From assembly GCF_001194135.2 (NCBI RefSeq), contig NC_068983.1, positions 81,477,865-81,534,992 of the forward strand: a stretch of 57,128 nucleotides of DNA, given 5' to 3'. This DNA comes from Octopus bimaculoides (Eukaryota). The translations under genes and the position numbers were made by a program. Below the pieces are notes generated by a model that did not search any database, had not been told where the DNA came from, and saw nothing but the letters and a program-made list of their open reading frames with translations. Positions 24,901-37,161 of the stretch are shown in pieces. Numbering within the stretch: position 1 is the first letter of the stretch; each line of letters begins with the position of its first letter.

Positions 24901-25353
24901 TTCATTTTGTTTGGTTATAAAAAATCTCTACCTTCATACATTCATCGTATTTCACCAAAATATATGTCAGAACATCACCTGATGAAGTGCAGTAGTTATG
25001 TAACTATACGAATTTATGTGACGTTATATAATGTGTAATGGACTTCGAATTTGAGAATAAACTACGCTTTTGAAACGTGTGGAGTGACATTTTGAACTAT
25101 CCATTTGAGTTTTGTTTACGAACTGATATACCACATAATAATGTACCAGTTATACCTTAGACATATTTGGAGGATATCCGGGACCAGTAAACAATTGTTT
25201 AACTTTGTATGGACCGCTGTAATGACCAACTGAATTACCTGAAATACTTTTGGAGCAATCTGCTTAGCCTAAAATGCGCTGCGGAGAGTTAATTTGCCAA
25301 ACTCTATTTGATCCCTGCTATATTACGATATATATATATATATATATGTAACA

Positions 25354-25380
25354 ATGATGATGATGTTGATGATGATGATG

Positions 25381-25468
<88 letters not shown>
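25354..25468. repeat. (GAT)n-(AAT)n compound microsatellite; second (AAT)n at 25735-25795
   Basis: Direct trinucleotide runs. Confidence 0.95.
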
Positions 25469-25470
<2 letters not shown>

Positions 25471-25624
25471 TCAGAAAAATATAAATTTCACATATAGATG
25501 ATACTTAGTGCTTCACGGTTGTTTCATTAGGATAAACATCATTAATTACGTAATTTTGATTAATGATCAAATCTAAATTATGTATTGCAGTTACGTAATT
25601 AGGGAATTAATGATGTTTGTTGCA

Positions 25625-25663
<39 letters not shown>

Positions 25664-25737
25664 GAGCTCAATTATATGTGCGTGTGCATGCATGTATACT
25701 GAGACATAAGCTCACTGCCTTTACCACCTTAATGATA

Positions 25738-25794
<57 letters not shown>

Positions 25795-25795
<1 letters not shown>

Positions 25796-26010
25796 TGTTT
25801 CATATATCAACATACAACCATAGATTTTGGAGTGAACGTGGAAAGTTGCATCAACTAAATTTATCCCAATACTTCAGTGTTACTTTATTTTATTGATTGA
25901 GGAAGATTAATGAGGCTAAGTTGAATTTGGCAGGATATGTATACAGAGGTAAAGAACTGGTACAAATACTGCATGGCATTTTGTCCAGTAGTCTATGAAT
26001 TCTTCCAACC
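25795..26010 (-). mobile_element. Degenerate SINE family B
   Basis: gtgtactttattttattgatt...aagttgaatttggcaggat...aaatactgcatggcattttgtcc...ttctatgaattctt resembles the reverse complement of family B. Confidence 0.55.
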
Positions 26011-26119
26011 ACTATTCAAACAAAAAATGTTTTCTAGAATAGACACAAAGCTGGAAGTCTTGTGAAAGAGAACAAGTATTTCAAAACCATTTCCTTGTTT
26101 CAAATGGGCCATTTTCCTT

Positions 26120-26500
26120 GCTGAATTATAGACTTCATTTCACACTATCCTCGACACACCTTCACCAATTTTTCCCCCCTCATTTTCCCCTCCATCATTC
26201 TGAGCCATACTTTTCTCAATCATCCCTTTCCCCTCCAATATTCTGTATTCATTTTCCTCATTCTTGTTATCCTTTCTCAACACATGACCCATTTTTCTCA
26301 TCTCATTTCTCTTCGCAGCAACCATCAGTGGCTCTATCCCCATCTCTGTCCTCTGCATTGAATTGTCTTCCTCTCTTTCAGCAATGCTCCACTCATCAAT
26401 TGGACTATTCCCTTTTTTTATTATTTTTTCCAGCCTTTTCTAGTTCTTTGGTACTAAATTTATTGATCCATGGAAATAAAAGGTAATGAAACTAAGAAAA
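26120..26500 (-). mobile_element. RTE-type LINE C-terminal fragment
   Basis: GIEPLMVAAKRNEMRKMGHVLRKD...RILEGK resembles the RTE terminal W.GHV.R region. Confidence 0.5.
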
Positions 26501-26939
26501 GATTTTGACCCCAGAACATAAAGAGGTGCGACAACACCACAAAACATTCTGTCCAGAGCTCTATTAATTCTGCTAACCAACATCTGCACAATGATAATAG
26601 TAATAGATTACATTGATTTTTCATGTAAGCATTGTCTGAATAATAAGAGAAAGAAGTAGATGGAAATCAAATACATTAACATTTTTACCAGTCTGCTCTA
26701 GGGTAAATGTGGCACGAAATAGAAGTGATTAAAGTTGAAGCTAATTTCTATCACTTTATATCTCTGTCTCCCTCTCTCTCTCTCCAGTTCTCAATGAAAA
26801 TACATATATTTTACAGCATTATAGTGGCTTTTGTTGACAGCAAAGCAATTTATATGTATGTGTGTGCACACGCATGCACACACGCACATACATACACACA
26901 CAGACACACACACACACACTGAGTGCAAGGGGTATTCAA

Positions 26940-28260
26940 AAACAATTACCAGTATATTACTCGCTTCAAACTAATTAAAGGGTTTCCATTTCTTTTGGAT
27001 GCCATTGCAGATAAAAGGTTAACACAAGAAATAAAAAGACATGCAGTCATTGTTGACACATGTGCAGAGCACAGAAATTTAGGAATTGTCAGCTTTCAAA
27101 ATGTTGCAGGATCCATCTGATGGGGATGTTTCAATTGTATCAAAAAAAAAAAAAATGTTCTAAACATTTGGATACTATAAAAAACACTACAACTTATTCA
27201 GCTGGTTCAAGAAATTGTCAGTGACAATCCCAGAGAGTCAATGACAGTCATTGCCAAAGTAATTCTGGTATCAGAGTGGACTATAAGAATTGAGGTACAT
27301 GAGGGAACTTAATGTGTATTGAGGATAAGTCAATTCATGTCTGCAAAGTCATAGAAAAACTGTTTGATCCATGACAAGCAGTTACGTAACAAACTTAAAA
27401 GCCCTCATGAATATGGTATATTTTGGTTCTTCTTTGATGAGAATAACTTCAACCAAGATGAAAAGTCTAACAGGAGAAATGATAGATGGTTATGTGCAAA
27501 TTCATCTGATGTTCTCAGAGTGATTCACTCAAAGTTTCTAGCAACTATACAGGTTTTAGGATTGGTTTGTAATGAAAGTCGTGTCAGGCCACCTCACATC
27601 TTTCCACAGTCTTAAAATAAATGCTGCTGAATATATTGAGATGCTGGAGACAATATTTAAGCCCTAGATCAAAGAAGGGTGTAATGGAAGAGCATAATTA
27701 TCTCAACAAGACTCAGCAGCTTCTTAAAAAGCTCACATAACCCAAGAATGGATGCCAGACAATCATGTAACACCAAACTTGTGGCTTCCAAACTTGTCAG
27801 ATTTAACCCTTTCGTTACTGCATTTATTTTGAGATGCTCTGTGTTTATTTGAATTACTTTAAATATAACAAAGAATTTAGTAAAATAACTTGGTTATCAT
27901 TTAGTTAGTGTTAGGAACATAAATTGTGAGTAAGGTTTGGTGGAAGATTTTAATTCAAAACTTATAAAAACAAGACATTTGTACTCAGAGCCAGAGCCAG
28001 TTTCAGCCGGGTTGGTAACGAAAGGGTTAAATCTCATGGACTACTGTATTTTGATTGTTGCTGAAAGGGAAACTAATCAAGTTCCTCACAATACAATAGC
28101 TTCACTGAAGGCTGCTATTATCAAGGTGAAGTTGAAAATGAGAAAAGACCATTTACCATAGACATGTCAATGATTCCTGTCTCACACTGAAGCAGAAAGC
28201 AAATTTATAGAATAACATCAGAAGAATGTTATTACTGAGAACATGTATTTTTAAAATACA
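26940..28260 (+). mobile_element. maT-like transposase remnant (second copy), interrupted by a piggyBac MITE
   Basis: GIFWFFFDENNFNQDEKSNRRNDRWLCANSSDV...IHSKF, QQDSAAS*KAHITQEWM...NLSDLN|LMDY...ERETNQVPHNTIASLKAAI...ESKFIE*. Confidence 0.85.
27807..28026 (+). mobile_element. piggyBac-type MITE (220 bp)
   Basis: TTAA|CCCTTTCGTTAC...GTAACGAAAGGG|TTAA: 12-bp TIR with TTAA TSD. Removing it restores the transposase frame. Confidence 0.95.
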
Positions 28261-28531
28261 TTTAGCTTTTGCTATATCAGAGTCCTTTTATTAAATTACC
28301 ACACCCTCCAATACTGCTGTACCCTGCATATCTATATATATATCCTTTAAGTTTGTTTAGGGAAATGTTTTTTAGTACACACATAAACACTTCTATTTTA
28401 TTATGCCGGCTACAGTCTAATGATACCAACTTGCAAAACCAGCTTTATGGGTTGTATTAAGCTGTGCTGGTATAATGTGTAATAAATGTAGTAATAATGA
28501 TAATAATCAATGGATGGAACTTCTAAATATC

Positions 28532-28783
28532 TTAATGCATCACTATGCGGGTTTCTACAAATCATGTTTCTTACAACCATAGTCCATATTCCTGGGATGA
28601 TTACAGCAGAATCTGTAATATCCATAGACATCAGGTGGATCATAGTTCATGCATTCATTTCATCAGGCGATATAGCTATATTGCCTGATGAAATGAATAA
28701 ATTGTACTGTAATCATCTTAGGAGTGTGGACTATGATTATAAGAAACATGCGATCTGTGAAAATGTGCGTAGTGATGCATTAA
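28532..28783. repeat. ~250-bp imperfect palindrome with a near-perfect spacerless 46-bp core (28653-28698)
   Basis: Core attcatttcatcaggc-g-atatagctatat-t-gcctgatgaaatgaat. Outer arms ttaatgcatcacta...catgtttctta.aa.catagtcca.a.tcct..gatgattac match in reverse complement. Confidence 0.85.
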
Positions 28784-28788
28784 AATAG

Positions 28789-28829
<41 letters not shown>

Positions 28830-29282
28830 NNNNNNNNNNNNNNNNNNNNNNNNNNNNNNNNNNNNNNNNNNNNNNNNNNNNNNNNNNNNNNNNNNNNNNN
28901 NNNNNNNNNNNNNNNNNNNNNNNNNNNNNNNNNNNNNNNNNNNNNNNNNNNNNNNNNNNNNNNNNNNNNNNNNNNNNNNNNNNNNNNNNNNNNNNNNNNN
29001 NNNNNNNNNNNNNNNNNNNNNNNNNNNNNNNNNNNNNNNNNNNNNNNNNNNNNNNNNNNNNNNNNNNNNNNNNNNNNNNNNNNNNNNNNNNNNNNNNNNN
29101 NNNNNNNNNNNNNNNNNNNNNNNNNNNNNNNNNNNNNNNNNNNNNNNNNNNNNNNNNNNNNNNNNNNNNNNNNNNNNNNNNNNNNNNNNNNNNNNNNNNN
29201 NNNNNNNNNNNNNNNNNNNNNNNNNNNNNNNNNNNNNNNNNNNNNNNNNNNNNNNNNNNNNNNNNNNNNNNNNNNNNNNNNN

Positions 29283-29915
29283 TCATCATCATCATCATTG
29301 TTTAACGTCTGCTTTCCATGCTAGATGATTTGACTGAGGACTGGTGAACCAGATGGCTGCACCAGGCTCCAATCAGATCTGGCAGAGTTTCTACAGCTGG
29401 ATGCCCTTCCTAACACCAACCACTCCGAGAGTCTAGAGAGTGTAGTGGGTGCACGAGGGCCAGTCAGGCAGTACTGGTAATGGCCATGCTGAAAATGGTG
29501 TTTTTTATGTACCACCTGCATAGGGAGAGTCTAGTTGGTGCTTTTTACATTCCACCAGTATGGGAGCCAGTCAGGTGGCACTGGCATCGCCCACACTTGA
29601 ATGGTACATTTTATGTATCACCAACACAGAAACCAGTCAAGCGAGACTGGCATCAACCATGCGTCAATGATGCTTTTTATGTGCCACCAACATGGGTACC
29701 AGTCAGGCAGCACTGGCATTAGTCATGACTACAATTTCACTCGGTTCAGCAGGTCTTCTCAAGCATAGCATATTGCCCAACAATTGAAGGGTACTTTTAA
29801 ATGGGCCAGTCATGCAACACTGACATTAGCCACAGCAACAATCTACCTTGGCTTGCCGGGTTTTCTCAAGCACAGCATATCGCCAAAGGTCTTGGTCACT
29901 TGCCATTGCCTCTGT
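29283..29915 (-). mobile_element. 3' end of RTE LINE (GAT tail; 3' UTR with ~60-bp subrepeats), 5'-truncated
   Basis: catcatcatt-gtttaacgtc...tttctacagctggatgcccttcctaac, near-identical to 41934-42450 and 55081-55302. Confidence 0.9.
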
Positions 29916-30237
29916 GAAGCTAATATATATATATATATATATATAATAATACAAGGAATATATATACATGTATACACACATATATGTACATACTTACATC
30001 TACATGTGTATATATATGCATATCAGGGTACAGGACGTTAGAACAATAAACTACAGACAACGGAACGAACACATAGGAAAACGGAAAGCCACTTGGAATA
30101 TCCCTTCATCAGCTGTCTCTCTTCTATCTAGATATATATATATGTGTGTATATATATATATTTACATATACACACACACAGAGTATATATAATATATATA
30201 AAGGAATATGTGCATATAGATACATATATATGTATGG

Positions 30238-30362
30238 GAGAATTCACGAAAAAACAACAGATGAAGACAGGTGGTGTAAACAACAAATGGATGTATCAGT
30301 ATAACACTTGGGAATAGAGAAAGTCTTTAACATTTCGAGCCTAATCTCTTCAACAGAAAGAA
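30238..30362 (-). mobile_element. Short PLE-like terminal repeat with a degenerate hammerhead-like motif
   Basis: Minus strand: ttCTGTTGAagagattaggctcGAAAtGTTaaagac, followed by ~90 nt and a (TA)n tract. Confidence 0.4.
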
Positions 30363-30439
30363 ACAAGAAATATGTACGTATATAGAGATAGATATAGTTA
30401 TTCATGTATCTATATATTGATATATGTACATACATATAT

Positions 30440-30494
<55 letters not shown>

Positions 30495-30544
30495 CATGCA
30501 CGCACACAACACACATGCATATTTCTACATATATAGCTCTGTAC

Positions 30545-31185
30545 AAGCTATGTACAAGGTTTCAGTAAGTGAGAGTCAACTACTATTTCAGTGACAAATT
30601 TGTTGCAAAAGTAGGAATCCATCAAGATTTAATCTTTAGTTCCCTCAAATTCATCATAGTCCTACAGGTTATCAGAGAGGAATTTAAGACTGGATGTCCA
30701 TGGGAGCTTCTGTATACTGATGACTTAATTCGCATGGCTGAAACTGTAATGGGATTAACATGGAGATTCCAAGTATAGAAGCTATAAAGTAATCTGAAAG
30801 TAAACTTAGCAAAGACTAAGATTTTAGTAAATTGGAAAGAACACAGAACCCTGGAATCTTTAGGGAAATGGCTTTGTATGATATGCAGAGAAGGAGTAGG
30901 TATAAACTCCATAACCTGTACCTATTCTAAGTAACGGACACACAAGAGATGTAAATGGAATCATGGGCAGACTAACAAGAAAGCTTCATATGTGACCGAT
31001 GTATTGGAGTAGTACATACTATAAGCACACCGGAAATAGATTCTCTTAAATGCTTTGATGGCTCACTATAAGTAGTCAATAGCCTCTGTTACCTAGGAGA
31101 TATAATTAGCATGGGAGGTGGTAGCTTTGAGAGTATAGTAGCCAGAGTAAAGACAGGTTAGAAAAAGTTCAGGGAGCTACTATCT
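30545..31185 (+). mobile_element. RTE LINE RT fragment including a Cys/His (PHD-like) insertion
   Basis: KVGIHQD...EEFKTGCPWELLYTDDLI (RT motifs 4/5), KVNLAKTKI, KWLCMICREGVGINSITCT...THKRC...CDRC, VNSLCYLGDII...GGSFESIVARVKTG*KKFRELL. Confidence 0.9.
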
Positions 31186-31777
31186 GATTTCTTTCATGCC
31201 CAATACTGATAAAATTATTCATTGTTTCTTTATTTGATGTACTAAATACATTTACAGATTTGTTTCCAATTTTTCCTGTAAGGCCTATTGATTTATATAC
31301 TGATATACTTGATAAGAAATGTCTGAGGAACTAGTTTATAATTTCACAGGAAAATTTACTCCTATATTCAAGAAGAAAAATTGTTAATAAATCTATCAAT
31401 TTTTTGGGGGGAAAAAGAAAGCAAATAATTAGAGCCATGAATTTTGTTCCTAATGTAACTCAGAAACTACTTCATAAATTAACTAATTTATTATGAATTT
31501 TACTGGCCAGTTCTTATGATATCATCAAAAGATATGTTTCTAAATTCAAAGAGTTCTCTTCCTAATTTCATTTGAAGCTGTCCAAAAATTTTATATAAAA
31601 AAAAGCTTTACTTAAAATATTTATTCATAAGTTCACTTAAAATTTTAAAGGTTTATTCTTAACTTGTACTGACATATTTGGTAATAATTACTTAAAGAAT
31701 TGTTAATTTATTTCTAACCTAACATATTATAAGCCTAACGGAGAGTTTACATGTTTTCGAAATGGTAGCAAAAATGT

Positions 31778-32040
31778 TTAGGCACACGAGTGGCTGTTTG
31801 ATAGCAAGCTTGCTTTCCAACCACATGGTTCTTGGTTCAGTTCCACTAAGTGGCACTTTGGGCAAGTGTCTTCTGCTATAGCCTTGGGCTGCCTTAAAGG
31901 GTTCCTTTGTAAGCCTAGTGCTTATTCTATCAGTGTCTTTTGCCAAATCACTAAGTTACAGGGTGTCAATTTGTTCAATTAAACCCCCTCAAGCCAGTGC
32001 TCCAGCATGGCCACAGTCCAATGACTGAAACAAACAAAAA
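31778..32040. mobile_element. Rearranged SINE family A: 5' part on minus (31778-31895), 3' part on plus (31930-32040)
   Basis: gcaagcttgctttccaaccacatggtt...cacttt gggcaagtgtcttc and gtgctccagcatggccacagtc.aatgactgaaac. Confidence 0.65.
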
Positions 32041-32300
32041 ACAGATTAATATATCTCAGAAGATATGGTTCAGCATCTCATGATGCTGAGTTGAAATAAA
32101 AGACAATCTATTATGAATCATTAGAGTTGATTTCCTTCACATGAAGAAAAGAGATTCTCCATTATATTTAGTTGTTTTACTTCAAATTTTGAGTTGGCAA
32201 TCTGTTATGGGTTGACTTCTACTCTCACCAGTTTCTCCTACCTAATAATTCAATAAATCAAGTGTTAGCAATATACTGGGATTGTGTCAATCAATTATAG

Positions 32301-32357
<57 letters not shown>

Positions 32358-35300
32358 NNNNNNNNNNNNNNNNNNNNNNNNNNNNNNNNNNNAAAAAAAA
32401 AAAAAAAAAGATATTGATTTACCTTAGCTATTCTGGTGATATTCTATTGAAATTATCTCCCTTCACTAACAGCTCTACTCAAGAATGAACTTGTGTGTCC
32501 AAATAGACAGATGTGTACTTAGATATAATATTTACTGTTGTGGTGACGTAAATTATATTCTTAATGATGATGATGAGGTTGGCTGGTATCAAAAACAGTT
32601 AATATTCAGAGGTGTACAGGTTCCAGTTAATGGTGATGATGGTGGAAATTATGAGTGAAGAAGTAGAGGAAATTATGAGGTTGAGGTGATGTGGATAGTA
32701 TAATGGTGAATTGAATTTAAAATCTGCTAATACACATGTAATGAAGGCTTGTAGAGTTGTTGCTGGTGTTGATCATTAGGTTTGTGGTGGTTCTAAGGCT
32801 TGCAGTGTCATTAATGACAGTAATGGTAGGTATACTGTGCGATAATGCTAGTGGAGGGATGAGTATTAATTATGTTTATAATAAAAGTTAATGACAAAAC
32901 TGATGATCAATTGATATTGGAATGAATTTTATGGAATTATAAATTTAAATATTTTACATTAGATACAAAGACCTCAGCCTCATATTTACAGAAGAGAAAT
33001 GTTGTTTGATGACTATGCTTTTCTGTTATACTGACTTACAAGTAAATATTGACATATAAATAAATGTTAATAAAATAGTGATATCTCTATGACATATTTT
33101 CAAAACTTACAATGTGATTGCTGAAAAATTATTGCAGTCTTGAGATGAAAGTATTTTTTTTCCCCTACTAGCTGATGTTATAAAATATGTTAACAATTGT
33201 GTTGTCATCTGAAAACCATAAAGTTTTTATGAAGTCATTTATCTAGTTTTTATAAAAAAAAACATAGTAGTTTTTATAGGACTCAAGAGCAATTTTCTAC
33301 AAATGAAGCTCTTGTGTGATCATATACAAAAGCAAAGTTATTATAAGGTTATCTTAGAATACTTATTTACCAATGGAAATGTTAAGTTGGCTAAAGACTA
33401 CCAACTTTCAACCAAATTATTATGAAGTCATCTGACACTCACTGATTACTAACCAAGCCTGTTAATTGTATCTTTTACTTCTTTCAGTCACTGGGCTACA
33501 GCCATTCTGGGGCACTGTGATTTCCAAATTCTATTTTCATTTTTAAATACCAAATTGCTGGAAATTTTTTTTACTGGAATTAACATCCTTCAAATACATA
33601 CTTTGCCTTAGTCTTACATAATTATCCATGAATGGATTCTTGTAACCACTTAACGTACTTGACATGTTGATGGTTCCCTAATTGATTGCAATATTTAACT
33701 TTAGGGTTCTACTATATTATATCAAACCATTTTTCATATAAAAAATATCACGTATTGACACATTCCTGCTTAATATCTGCTTAAGTCTGAAACTGAAAGG
33801 AAGACACCACAAGAACTCAAAATAGACTTCAAAGCAAAAGATAAACAAAAAATAAACAAGCTTTAGAAACCTTTAGAAAAGCCAACTCTTTTATCTCCTA
33901 TTTAGGGCAGGGTGGAACTAAGATAATCTCTATATAAAATAGGACATAAAAAATAAACAAACCACAGATGCTAAGAAAGAGAAAAATAAAAAAATACAAA
34001 AAGGTGAGTATGTCATACATGGATATGGTGGCTTAGAAATAGAAGATGGTTATTTATCTTCACTGTGAATAATAGTAAAACAGTTATATATAAAGATTCC
34101 TTTCTGATCTGCTAATGAAGCAAACAGAAAAAAATATTAGATCAAACAGGGAATGAAAAGAAAGAAAGGAAAATGAAAATGGAAGCTAGACTATTTCTTC
34201 ATCTGTCTGGTCTTTGTGTTTTATTGAAAAATATGAATAAGAATGTTGTCCAAACTCAGCGAAGCTTAGCTGATAAGGTGATGGCGTAAAAGAAGGTGAA
34301 AGAGCAAATCTAGTCGCCCGTTCACTGTTTTGTCTGGTGTTAAGAGAAGCGAACACTTTACCGGTGCTGTACCAAGGTTGATAATCTATTCACATCAGCT
34401 CTAATGTGTGAATGTTTTTAAAGTTAACATAACCTAATGGGTTTAACATAAGATTAACTACCAGTCTTTCTTTTCATTATATCTTAGATAAAAATGATAA
34501 GCACAACAGTGAATTAGGAATTTCTATTCAGATATAAGACATTTCATTTTAGTAGGTTCAATACCAGTAATATTTTTGCTGAATCAATATAGTATCACCA
34601 ATTGTACAATGTAGATGAGCGGTTTATAATATACTGATTCAACAAAAATATCACTGTAGTGAAACCTTGAATCCAATAATCTGAACTTAGGAATACTGCT
34701 GTAACAAAATGTATTTTGGTAGTTTTGTAAGCCAGGGATAACTGCATCAAGAGCTGTGAGTGTACATATACTACGATCATTTTGAGCAAAAGGAATGAGC
34801 TAGATTAAATAACTGATTAGAGGAAATTTGTAGCCAGAAAATTCTGAGACTGATTTAGTTGTTAATTGATTAAATATTAATAACAGAACAAGTGAGGAGA
34901 AGTTAGTAAGATAACAATGTGCAAGAGAGCTTGTAAAAAATCCAGTACCTTTAGTTTTGGTTCAACTCCTAGATAAATCATATTTCAAGCTCCATATGCT
35001 ATTTAATTTATTATATAAAGTAGAAAACTGACACAAATGAGAAGAGATGAATTTACAGTTGTAACTTTGATAATAAGAGAAAAAAAAAGGGGGAAACTGA
35101 GTAATAGGTATGCTTGACCGGGGTATCACCTTGGAGTTAAACATCAACAGCAACTCTTAAATTGGTTACATCTGCATTAATAAGTCCTCTGAAAAAGAAT
35201 TTTCACTGATCAGGGATACTCAATAACAGAAACTATACTTCTATTAATACTATCAGCATCATTAATAATATTTCTATTTTGACTGACAGTTTACATGCCC

Positions 35301-36124
35301 ATAGTGTTGCTTGATCAATGTTGATCTGGTGCTGGGCAACAACTCTAATAAAGATAAGCAATGCTATGAAATTCAGTAGAACTTCATAGTGTCAATGCCT
35401 CAACTAACAATATTTCTATTAAAACCACACTTCTGATTTAAGCTCTGCTGCTTATCTTGCTCATCGTATAATCACATCCATATCTGCCAGCTCATATTAC
35501 CTGGCCTCTTCTGACCTTCCTCATACCTGTAACCATTTTCTATGCTAGTTCCTGAATTGTAAAGCTTTTAACTAACTCTTTGGTAAAATTGCAACATTTG
35601 TTATTTCTATCTTCTTCAATAAATATTTTCATTTCTTTTTGCCCCTTTTTTCTTCTGTTTTTTTTTTTTTATTTTCTCTTCTCTTGAAAGAAAATTATTA
35701 ACATTTGTAGTGTCAAATTTTGAAGGAAAGTATTACACCTTCTCCTCGACTTACAACTTAGTTCTGTTTTGACTGACAGGTCATTAATTAATCTGGTCGT
35801 ATGTCGGATTTATATTTTTCAACACTATTTTCATTCAAATGGAACNNNNNNNNNNNNNNNNNNNNNNNNNNNNNNNNNNNNNNNNNNNNNNNNNNNNNNN
35901 NNNNNNNNNNNNNNNNNNNNNNNNNNNNNNNNNNNNNNNNNNNNNNNNNNNNNNNNNNNNNNNNNNNNNNNNNNNNNNNNNNNNNNNNNNNNNNNNNNNN
36001 NNNNNNNNNNNNNNNNNNNNNNNNNNNNNNNNNNNNNNNNNNNNNNNNNNNNNNNNNNNNNNNNNNNNNNNNNNNNNNNNNNNNNNNNNNNNNNNNNNNN
36101 NNNNNNNNNNNNNNNNNNNNNNNN

Positions 36125-36490
36125 AACAAATCGACCCCAGGACTTATTCTTTGTAAGCCTAGTACTTATTCTATCAGTCTGTTTTGCCGAACCACTAAGT
36201 TACGGGGACGTAAACACACCAACATCAGTTCTCAAGCAATTGTGGTGGGACAAACACAGATACACACACACACACACACGCACATGCACACATGCACGCA
36301 CACACACAAACACTCATATAAATATGACAGGCTTCTTTCAGTTTCTGTCTACCAAATCCACTCACAAGGCTTTAGTTGGCCCAAGGCTATAGTAAAAGAC
36401 ACTTGCTCAAGGAGTCACACAGTGGGACTGAACCCAGGACCATGTGGTGAAACAAGCAAGCAACTTACCACACAGCTACTCCTGTGCCTC
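36125..36490 (-). mobile_element. SINE family A, near full length (tail lost in gap)
   Basis: aaatcgaccccaggacttattctttgtaagcctagtacttattc...cttaccacacagctactcctgtgcct. Confidence 0.95.
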
Positions 36491-37161
36491 TGATTTATTT
36501 ATTTTTCTATTTCCTTATTTTTGAGGTCATAAGTGTAGATGGTTATAAGTCGCGTAGGTTTAAGTCGAGGCAAAGGTGTATTATAAAACATTTTTTAATC
36601 ATAATGGAATAAGGCATATTAATGCAGACTCATCAGGGGAATGACGACTAGCTAATTAGCAAAACAAATAAATAGACACATGGACAATAAATAAGAGATC
36701 TGAAAATAATAAAACATTCAAGAATCGAAGGAAAATATTAAAGATACTATATTTCCAAAGTAAAACAGCTGTTATAAATGTTTTATATCTCCACTTAAAA
36801 AAATGTGATTGTATTTGAGTAAGATAACTACTTCTCTTTTCTCATCAATGATATTCCTGTCAGACAAGTCAACTGGAGACAGATGGTAGACAAAATAGCT
36901 GTTTTATGATATTCAGTTTAGCACTTCATATCTATGAGTTCAAATTTTATTACTCTGACTGATTGATAAAGTTGAAACCTGTAGATTGACGTCTATCTTT
37001 GCGATAACTTCTTTTCTCACAGTAGCATGCATGGCCGAAAGGTGAGGTGTAGTAATATATTGGTGGAGTGTGGTTTACTTCAGAATGAGGGACATAAGAA
37101 ACAAACAAGAGAATAAAACTATAAATCTTTAATTAAAACTTTTCCTGAATATATATATATA

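Noticed and set aside
28049-28068. 14-nt match to the recalled miR-315 5' end (ttttgattgttgct)
   Set aside because: It lies inside the maT transposase frame with no flanking hairpin; chance match.
28685-28750. CTGATGA...GAAACATG within the palindrome as a hammerhead
   Set aside because: No stem I pairing, and no valid stem II junction or NUH site could be built.
30085-30120. CTGATGA on the minus strand (ccttcatcag)
   Set aside because: No downstream GAAA or stem III, so only half a core is present.
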